Below are positions 35,260-40,936 of a stretch of 40,936 nucleotides of DNA, piece after piece; positions within the stretch are counted from its first letter, which is position 1; every line of letters begins with the position of its first letter. The stretch is taken from positions 1 through 40,936 of IMG/VR virus record IMGVR_UViG_3300043429_000523; one strand, given 5' to 3'. Source of the stretch: a virus. Its lineage: Duplodnaviria > Caudoviricetes. Below the pieces are notes generated by a model that was given only the letters and a program-made list of their open reading frames with translations, had not been told where the DNA came from and ran no database searches. The translations under genes and the position numbers were made by a program.

Positions 35260-35558
35260 GTCTTGTCCCCTGTGAATCGTGGATGAAAGATAGAAGATAC
35301 CCCTATCAAATGCTCAGAGATGCCGCTTCTCCATTGACCAGGTGACTGGTAGGTGGATCGCCCTTCGGTGTCTGACCTGCGTTCCAAGAACCCGATGAAC
35401 ACCAGGTTGTGCAAAGCGCTACGCACTTGGCCTTCGTTGAGTCCTGTGACCTTCATCACTTCTCGGCGGTACTGGTTGCCGTTCTGTACTGCTTCCAGTA
35501 CTCGGCGCATGTTCGATGGGCGTTGCAGGGGGAATGGGCTTCCTTTTTTGAGGGTCAT
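35256..35558 (-). CDS. Winged-helix protein; candidate late regulator
   Basis: RREVMKVTGLNEGQVRSALHNLVFIGFL wHTH; occupies the Q-equivalent position. Confidence 0.6.
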   Translation of the reverse strand: MTLKKGSPFPLQRPSNMRRVLEAVQNGNQYRREVMKVTGLNEGQVRSALHNLVFIGFLERRSDTEGRSTYQSPGQWRSGISEHLIGVSSIFHPRFTGDKT

Positions 35559-35770
35559 TTGCCGTCATCCTCCTGGGCGGTCAGTTCACATTCAATCTTG
35601 GTCAGGTACACAGCCAGGTCCAAGGCTTCTTCCTTGGCATGCCTCACCCATTCAATGAGCCGAAGGCGGTTGCTTTCCACCGTTACGCCGTATTTCTGAA
35701 TCCCGAGCCGTTGCCTGCGCGCAATCTCTCGGCACACCAATGCTTCGATCCCAGTGACTTCAATTTCCAT
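35555..35770 (-). CDS. Small all-alpha NTP-pyrophosphatase-like protein
   Basis: GIQKYG...HAKEEALDLAVYL signature. Confidence 0.65.
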   Translation of the reverse strand: MEIEVTGIEALVCREIARRQRLGIQKYGVTVESNRLRLIEWVRHAKEEALDLAVYLTKIECELTAQEDDGK

Positions 35771-35856
35771 GCTGCCCCTTCATGCGCCGCAGGTGCTGCG
35801 CTGCGCTGCGGTTGATGAACTCCTGGATGCGCCTGAGCGCTTCCCTTGCCATGTCT

Positions 35857-36414
35857 TCAATGCTCACGTTCAAGCTCCTTGAGTTTCAATCGGTAGGTGT
35901 TGCGGATTTCGGTCAGTTCTTCACGGGTCCACTTGTGCGGGGTGTTGTTGGCCTCTAGAGACTCAACCCTTGGAAGGCCAATACGCGCAATGAGTCCAAT
36001 TCGATAGTCAACTGCACGGCCTGCTCCGTACCTGTTGCAGTGTTTGCGTTGGGCGTGTACGTTGTCTTCGTTGAATCGCAGGTGGCTGGCTGAACCGGTG
36101 GATCGGTAGTGCCCTGCGTCGTAGGCTCCACCCACCTCCCCAGTTCCCAAAGGCATGCCGCAGCAGATGCAGGGCTGTAAATGGTCACGGGCACGGATGT
36201 AGGCATTGAATTCAACTTGAGCCTCTTTGATGAGTTGGGGGATGGTCTTGATGGCTTCTTTGCGTGCCTTGAGCTGGGTGCGCTCGGCTGCTTTGTCTGC
36301 TTTCACCTTGCGGGCTGCACAGACTGGCGAACACACTGCCTGCATGGGTCGAACAGGGGAAAACAACTTGGCGCACTGCTTGCAGGGGCGGGCTTTTGGC
36401 TCAAAGGGTTTCAT
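35857..36414 (-). CDS. ninG: NinG/Rap family endonuclease
   Basis: FNAYIRARD..PCICCG...DAGHYRSTG...LRFNEDNVHAQ. Confidence 0.92.
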   Translation of the reverse strand: MKPFEPKARPCKQCAKLFSPVRPMQAVCSPVCAARKVKADKAAERTQLKARKEAIKTIPQLIKEAQVEFNAYIRARDHLQPCICCGMPLGTGEVGGAYDAGHYRSTGSASHLRFNEDNVHAQRKHCNRYGAGRAVDYRIGLIARIGLPRVESLEANNTPHKWTREELTEIRNTYRLKLKELEREH

Positions 36415-36832
36415 GTGGCTTCAGGTCGTAAAAGGTCACACCCAGTTGCGTGGCAGCAAATGCCTCCACTTGGTCGCTGAACTCGCAAAACTCGGCGGTA
36501 GACAGCCCGGTGGAGCTTTTGCCGACAACCTCACCGTTGGGAAGTTGCTCCACGCCAATGAACTGGCGCTTGAATTGCTCATGCCATGCTCCAGGACCGA
36601 ACATCTCGCCATTGACCACGGCTTGCTGGCTGATTTGCTTGAGCACCCCGTTGCCCCAATAACGGCGGTTTTGGGCTGGGGTGCGCTTGCGTCGGGAGAC
36701 TGTGAGCACCCACCGGCCAGAGGCTTGGAACACGGTGGAGAGGAAAGGAAACAGCTGGTTTTTGATGGCAACCCAGGCTTGCTGCTTGTTCCACAGTTCG
36801 ATGGTCAGGCTATCGCTCAACGTGACCTCCAA
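36401..36832 (-). CDS. ninB: NinB/Orf family recombination mediator
   Basis: KRT-x-AQN..YW, WHEQFK, SSTGLSTAEFCEF; exact start uncertain. Confidence 0.8.
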   Translation of the reverse strand: MEVTLSDSLTIELWNKQQAWVAIKNQLFPFLSTVFQASGRWVLTVSRRKRTPAQNRRYWGNGVLKQISQQAVVNGEMFGPGAWHEQFKRQFIGVEQLPNGEVVGKSSTGLSTAEFCEFSDQVEAFAATQLGVTFYDLKPHETL

Positions 36833-37011
36833 AACAATTCGCGCGCCCGAACAGAATCAGCGCTGGCCTGTTCCCATTGGTTGCAGTAGCACCCGGCCAT
36901 GGGTACGCGGTCTTTGTTCATGTTGCAAAAACCGTAACCCTGCTTTGCCAGTTGGCGGTTGCGCTGGGCCAGGTCTTTGAGGTTGAAGTGGGTGCAGTCG
37001 CGGCAATTCAA
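36817..37011 (-). CDS. Small Cys-rich hypothetical protein
   Basis: CRDCTHF...GFC...C; TTG start overlapping the upstream stop. Confidence 0.55.
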   Translation of the reverse strand: MNCRDCTHFNLKDLAQRNRQLAKQGYGFCNMNKDRVPMAGCYCNQWEQASADSVRARELFWRSR

Positions 37012-37133
37012 ACCAAGTCCCCCAGCAGCCACAGTGCGCGGGTGATCTGGCCTTCAGTCACATCCAGGCCGTTGCGCACAGCATCAAGGATGGAATGTGC
37101 CCAGCGTTTGTCATCGTCTTGGCTGTTACGCAT
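37008..37133 (-). CDS. 41-aa hypothetical protein
   Basis: GGAGG RBS; MRNSQDDDKRWAHSIL... Confidence 0.55.
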   Translation of the reverse strand: MRNSQDDDKRWAHSILDAVRNGLDVTEGQITRALWLLGDLV

Positions 37134-37572
37134 GAAGTGCCTCCCGTGCAAAACGCAGGCTGGTGGGGTTGATGCGATCACCGGCCTCATGGCGGCCCAC
37201 AATGGTCTTGGCCCAGGCTCTGTGATCCGTTCTTGTTGACGCCACGGACTCACGGCGCACATGGCCCAGCTTGGCAAGCTCTGCTTTCACGCGCTCAGGG
37301 TCTGCCTTGGGTTCTGGCAGTCGTGGCGCTTCGGGGGCTGGGGCAGCGCGGCACAGGTTTTTGAACTCGATCACGTTCGGGCACTTGGGAGGCAGGTTCT
37401 CCAGTGCCCAGGCAATGCGGTGCAGGCTGCCACCGAACACGGCCAACTCATGCGCCCAGGCGGTTTTGATGTCGGAGATGGGCAGGTCAGCCCATTGGCG
37501 GGTCCACTGCGCGCCATAGGTGGCGGCCAAGCGGTTGAACAGGCGGTCGATGGCTTTGGCGGGCAGGCTCAT
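37126..37572 (-). CDS. Replication protein P-like / helicase-loader-position protein
   Basis: LF-x-RL-x-x-x-YG..W...W-x-x-EL...PN-x-x-EF-x-x-LC; follows the initiator. Confidence 0.6.
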   Translation of the reverse strand: MSLPAKAIDRLFNRLAATYGAQWTRQWADLPISDIKTAWAHELAVFGGSLHRIAWALENLPPKCPNVIEFKNLCRAAPAPEAPRLPEPKADPERVKAELAKLGHVRRESVASTRTDHRAWAKTIVGRHEAGDRINPTSLRFAREALHA

Positions 37573-38357
37573 GCGATCCTCCGGACTTCTTCGGTTTCAA
37601 TGAACTGGATTTCGGCGGGGGTTTCGCTGGTGGGCCACTTGCGCCCGGTCATTTCCTCCCAGCGGGCACGTCGGGCCATTTCGTCCTGCTGGGCAAAGCT
37701 CAAAATCTGGGGTTTTGCTTGCTTGGCAAAGGCTTCTGCCTTGCCCGCCCACGTCCGCCATGCGGCTTGCCAGTCCAGCATCGTCGAGCCCTTGGCGGTG
37801 TGGTAGTCGGTGAACTTCTGCAACTCGCTCTGAACGCTTACACCACGCTCGTTCGCAAACTCAATCCCTGCTTCGTTTGGAAAAAAATCAGACGGGATGC
37901 GACGTTTTCGCTTTGGCGCGCCAATAGAACCGTTAGGTTCTATATTGGTTATTGGTTCTTGGTTATTGGTTAGTTGAACGTCTGTTGGAAAAACCTCAAC
38001 GGACGTTGCCATTTCTTCAACGGACGTTGAACGAGCGTTAGACCGACGTTGAGCGGATGCTTTCCCGGCCTCAGAAGCCTTTTGTTTTTTGTCAGAGAAA
38101 TGAGTGATCTCTTTCTCTGCCCTTTTGTTGACCCATCCAGCTTCTGTCAACTCAAAAAACTTGCCCAGAACATACGCAACTTCTTCGCAATGGTCACGCA
38201 TGCCTATTTCACGTGCAACGTCTGCTGCACATCCGTTCAACGGACGTTCAGCAAGGTAGTAAGCATCGAGCAACCGACGATAGGCCAAGTCCTCAAGCAA
38301 CGACAGGTTGCGGGTGTGAGCCGCATAGTCGCCAATGTGGAACGAGTAGTAGTTCAT
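37569..38357 (-). CDS. Replication initiator (DUF1376/YdaU family)
   Basis: MNYYSFHIGDY..HT..LS..E..AYRRLLD-x-YY; C-terminal F-x-DYH...DW-x-AAWRTW. Confidence 0.85.
   Translation of the reverse strand: MNYYSFHIGDYAAHTRNLSLLEDLAYRRLLDAYYLAERPLNGCAADVAREIGMRDHCEEVAYVLGKFFELTEAGWVNKRAEKEITHFSDKKQKASEAGKASAQRRSNARSTSVEEMATSVEVFPTDVQLTNNQEPITNIEPNGSIGAPKRKRRIPSDFFPNEAGIEFANERGVSVQSELQKFTDYHTAKGSTMLDWQAAWRTWAGKAEAFAKQAKPQILSFAQQDEMARRARWEEMTGRKWPTSETPAEIQFIETEEVRRIA
37945..38052. repeat. Putative replication origin: iterons and AT-rich repeats inside the initiator gene
   Basis: TCAACGGACGTTG twice plus variants AACGTCTGTT, AACGAGCGTT and ACCGACGTT; adjacent TTGGTT repeats. Confidence 0.7.
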
Positions 38358-38554
38358 CAAGCCACCTTGGCAATTCGATAGGCTTTGAACCGCTTGCCGT
38401 TCAACTCGACCCATTTGTCAACCACTTGCAGCCCACCACGGCGAAGCTCACCCACGCGGGTTGCAAGCTTCATGGTTCCGCAGTCCTGGAGCGCATCAAG
38501 TGGTGTGGTCCAGCCTCTTTTCAGGCGCTTGGTGATTGACTCGTGTTGTGTCAT
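38357..38554 (-). CDS. Small helix-turn-helix protein
   Basis: TPLDAL...KLATRVGELRRGG...Y. Confidence 0.75.
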   Translation of the reverse strand: MTQHESITKRLKRGWTTPLDALQDCGTMKLATRVGELRRGGLQVVDKWVELNGKRFKAYRIAKVA

Positions 38555-38573
38555 AATTTCCCTCGATCACATG

Positions 38574-38620
38574 GACCCGCCGGAGCTGTTGACGCAGCGT
38601 TGATGGCGGGTTTTTTGTTT
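38574..38620 (+). terminator. Terminator-like hairpin on the strand opposite the pR operon
   Basis: ACCCGCC...GGCGGGT followed by TTTTTGTTT. Confidence 0.6.
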
Positions 38621-38669
38621 TGCCTGAACTTTCGGCATCAGGCTTTCCGTGTACTTTTTGTGCCTACGA

Positions 38670-38849
38670 TCAGCACTTGTCTTCTTGCTTCGTCATCCCA
38701 ATACTTCCGTACAAGGAACGACGCACAAGGAAACGAATGAACTCGCCAGGCTTCATGTCCATCCGACCGCACTCGCGGCAGATGTCGACGAACTCACGCT
38801 CAGTCAGGTTGACCGGCACGCGCTCTGTGTGTTTGTTGTCATCCAGCAT
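38670..38849 (-). CDS. cII-position small regulator (ribbon-helix-helix-like)
   Basis: KHTERVPVNLTEREF...GEFIRFLV; directly after cro. Confidence 0.55.
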   Translation of the reverse strand: MLDDNKHTERVPVNLTEREFVDICRECGRMDMKPGEFIRFLVRRSLYGSIGMTKQEDKC

Positions 38850-39039
38850 GTCCGGCCACCTCCACCAGTTTGGCCTTGGACTTCCTGAAGATGGAGGGAT
38901 GGGCAAGCCGCACTTGTGCAGGAATGCCGCGCGACTTCCAGTTGTGCACTCGACGTGCACCGTCCGGGTTTTTGTACCCAAGCCGTCTGGCAAGTGCTGC
39001 CGCACCACCAAAGCTTTCAATGAGTTCTGCGTCGTTCAT
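38839..39039 (-). CDS. cro: Cro-like repressor
   Basis: LIESFGGAAALARRLG...VHNWKSRGIP; divergent from cI. Confidence 0.88.
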   Translation of the reverse strand: MNDAELIESFGGAAALARRLGYKNPDGARRVHNWKSRGIPAQVRLAHPSIFRKSKAKLVEVAGHAG

Positions 39040-39046
39040 GGTGCCT

Positions 39047-39104
39047 ATTAAACACCATGTTTACTCATTTTGTCAACACACCGTTTAAACAAATTGTTGA
39101 AAAT
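39047..39104. promoter_or_regulatory. OR operators with pR and pRM
   Basis: 15-bp sites TAAACACCATGTTTA (39049), TCAACACACCGTTTA (39073), TAAACAAATTGTTGA (39086); minus-strand TTGACA-18-TTTAAT. Confidence 0.85.
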
Positions 39105-39110
39105 GCGCCA

Positions 39111-39809
39111 ATGAACGAATCAGCTGAGCGCCTCTTCAAAGCCGTACTGCACATCACCAAGGGAAAGGTCGACGGCTTTGCTGCACCTGGCGCAGTGGCC
39201 AAGTATTTGGGCGTTGGCGCTGCTGTCGTCACAAACTGGAAAAAACGAGGTGTATCAAAAGACGGGCAGCTGGAAGTGAATGCCAAAACAGGCATCAACC
39301 CCAACTGGCTCGCAACGGGTGAAGGAGAGATGCTTCCGTCTCACGATTTGATACGCGAAGCTGCTAACATTTCCCCCGGACCAGACATAAAAGGCAGGGG
39401 GAGTTATCCAGTGTTGACAGACATACAGGCTGGAAACTGGAAGGAGCTGTGCGGCACCTTCGGTTACGGCGAATCAGAGGTGTGGAAAACATCGCCACAC
39501 AACCTTGGCCCATGCGGCTATTTCTTGCGGGTCGAGGGCGCATCAATGACCAACCCAGGCGCTGACATCAGCTTTCCTGAAGGCATGTTGCTCCACGTCA
39601 ACCCGGACGAAGAAGCGTTGCCAGGGCGTTTTGTGGTGGTGCGCCGCGAAACCGAAAAGGCCGCAACCTTCAAGAAGCTCACCATTGTGGACGGTGAGCC
39701 GTACCTAGAGGCCATCAACCCAAACTGGCCCAACCGCTATTTGAAACTGAAACCTGGTGATGTGATTTGCGGGGTGGTGGTTGACGCATCTTATGGAAGG
39801 CTGATTTAA
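39111..39809 (+). CDS. cI: CI repressor, HTH plus S24 (LexA-type) peptidase
   Basis: HTH with NPNWLATGEG; QAG cleavage site; VEGASM (Ser) and TFKK (Lys) catalytic motifs. Confidence 0.93.
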   Translation: MNESAERLFKAVLHITKGKVDGFAAPGAVAKYLGVGAAVVTNWKKRGVSKDGQLEVNAKTGINPNWLATGEGEMLPSHDLIREAANISPGPDIKGRGSYPVLTDIQAGNWKELCGTFGYGESEVWKTSPHNLGPCGYFLRVEGASMTNPGADISFPEGMLLHVNPDEEALPGRFVVVRRETEKAATFKKLTIVDGEPYLEAINPNWPNRYLKLKPGDVICGVVVDASYGRLI

Positions 39810-39827
39810 TAAACCAAAGGAGGATGT

Positions 39828-40181
39828 ATGAAAAAGGTTTTGACTGTCACACTTCTTGCGGCCTTGGCTGGCTGCGAGACAAACCCACCTGTACCTATCA
39901 GGCAGGTTGGTAACTTTCAGCTTTGTGAAGCGGCCGTGATGGGATCACGAGCGTACTCTCAACAAGAGCTGTGGGGCGAACTCTCGAGCCGAAAAGAAAA
40001 CTGCCAGCAATTCATGGCGGCAATACAAACCCGCGCCCAAGTGGATGCACAGCGCAACGAGGCATTGGGCCGACTCAGCCAGCAATACCTGAAGCAGGGA
40101 TTCACCCAGCCGCAGCCTATTCGGTCGTTCAGTTGCCAGTCGCGCATGCTTGGCAACATGCTCTCCACAGACTGCAACTGA
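39828..40181 (+). CDS. Lipoprotein likely co-transcribed with cI
   Basis: MKKVLTVTLLAA-LAGC lipobox; AGGAGG RBS. Confidence 0.8.
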   Translation: MKKVLTVTLLAALAGCETNPPVPIRQVGNFQLCEAAVMGSRAYSQQELWGELSSRKENCQQFMAAIQTRAQVDAQRNEALGRLSQQYLKQGFTQPQPIRSFSCQSRMLGNMLSTDCN

Positions 40182-40205
40182 CAAACCCCAATCTCTGACA
40201 CAAAC

Positions 40206-40231
40206 AACCGCCCAATGAGGCGGTTTTTTTT
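40206..40231 (+). terminator. Intrinsic terminator of the immunity operon
   Basis: AACCGCC-CAATGA-GGCGGTT followed by a T run. Confidence 0.88.
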
Positions 40232-40258
40232 CGTCTACGGGAAAACCCCTACACAAAT

Positions 40259-40311
40259 TACACAATTTGTTTAAACATAGTGTTGACTATTCTTTAAACA
40301 TGGTGTTTAAT
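40259..40311 (+). promoter_or_regulatory. OL operators and pL
   Basis: TACACAATTTGTTTA, TAAACATAGTGTTGA, TAAACATGGTGTTTA; TTGACT-17-TTTAAT. Confidence 0.85.
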
Positions 40312-40317
40312 ACATCC

Positions 40318-40703
40318 AACGACACGCAACACCGAGTCGCCAGCCAGCAACCAAGGCGCACCGCAGGCAGTAGCGGAATACAAAAGGCTGCCGTCGCTCT
40401 ACCACGCGGGCCATTCGGCTTGGAGTCACTGGGAAAGGCCACGCAAACCCCATCGCCTGGGGGTTATCAAGAGTACGGGCGTGAGGCAAACAGGTAGGCC
40501 AAGAACAACAACGACCCGCTGGCATTCGCAAGAGTGCCAACAAGCAGATGACTTGTGCGCGTGCTTGACGCACCCAACCCTGTACTGATCCGGACAGTAG
40601 AAGCTGGGCACTCAACAGCTACATCAGGTCATCTCCTTGTTTACTCCCCTGGTGGCTTTGCCACTTTCGCCCCGGTTCAGCAATGCGCCGGGGCTTTTCT
40701 TTT
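40318..40703 (+). ncRNA. Putative structured pL leader RNA
   Basis: ~390 nt with no credible ORF; many nested stems found by eye. Confidence 0.5.
40669..40703 (+). terminator. Terminator-like hairpin before the first pL ORF
   Basis: GCCCCGG...CCGGGGC followed by TTTTCTTTT. Confidence 0.75.
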
Positions 40704-40713
40704 GGAGATCGTC

Positions 40714-40932
40714 ATGCGAATGGTTCTTACAGATTTTTTGGGCATCGACTTGTTTGTGCGGTTTGAAGACGACTGCGCCGAGGCCATCTATTCATTCATG
40801 GGCCGCGACAAATCCGGAAAAGACAAGTTCCGCCAGCTCAAAGGCGTGTTCACCGAATCGGCCGAGGAACTGATCTACACCCAGGCCCGCAAGCAACTGG
40901 CCGAACTTCTGGAAGACGAGGCAGCAGCATGA
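40714..40932 (+). CDS. Hypothetical protein, first ORF of the pL operon
   Basis: GGAG RBS, ATG at 40714; ATGA overlap with the ORF at 120 across the circular join. Confidence 0.7.
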   Translation: MRMVLTDFLGIDLFVRFEDDCAEAIYSFMGRDKSGKDKFRQLKGVFTESAEELIYTQARKQLAELLEDEAAA

Positions 40933-40936
40933 ACCA
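40810..40936. repeat. Terminal direct repeat, copy 2
   Basis: Identical to 1-127. Confidence 0.95.

Larger units (their letters stand above)
1..40936. mobile_element. Complete temperate lambdoid podovirus-like phage, excised/circular form
   Basis: Integrase with intact attP, cI/cro switch, terminase, portal, capsid, short-tail and ejection-type genes, lysis genes; no host genes; circular ends. Confidence 0.93.

Noticed and set aside
40396-40421. nut site (boxA-like CGCTCTAC plus a small hairpin)
   Set aside because: Weak boxA match, no counterpart seen in the pR operon, and no Arg-rich N-like ORF
40267-40497. 76-aa ORF in the pL leader
   Set aside because: Its possible starts lie inside the operators, upstream of the predicted transcription start

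Overview
The window is a complete, circularly permuted ~40,809-bp temperate phage genome: bases 1-127 recur exactly at 40810-40936, as expected of an assembly overlap. The architecture is lambdoid and podovirus-like. There is a cI/cro switch with two mirror-image triple-operator promoters, and a left early operon carrying Red-type Bet/Exo, a MazG-like protein, SSB, a chain of small ORFs and Xis. A tyrosine integrase sits beside an intact attP whose core resembles a tRNA 3' end (probably tRNA-Thr). The right operon carries a DUF1376-type initiator with iterons, NinB and NinG. The late region has TerS/TerL, HNH-AP2, portal, a 5-kb putative appendage module, scaffold, major capsid, tailspike, adaptor, tail fibre, tail hub, four probable ejection proteins and a GH108 lysis cassette. 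No tape measure or tail tube gene is visible. The SSB resembles Comamonadaceae/Burkholderiales SSBs (from recall), which suggests the host group. The most notable observations are: (1) a 21-bp motif (CGCTTTACCAATGTGGACACT-like) present six times, always just upstream of late-gene blocks and often 6-7 nt before the ATG, pointing to a distributed, probably activator-dependent late promoter system with no recognisable Q or N; (2) a stand-alone ADP-ribosyltransferase-like gene bracketed by two of these motifs; (3) a ~400-nt highly structured non-coding leader after pL that ends in a terminator; (4) an unannotated 30-aa membrane peptide at the position equivalent to P22 sieA. All protein assignments come from motif recognition and synteny; no database search was run.
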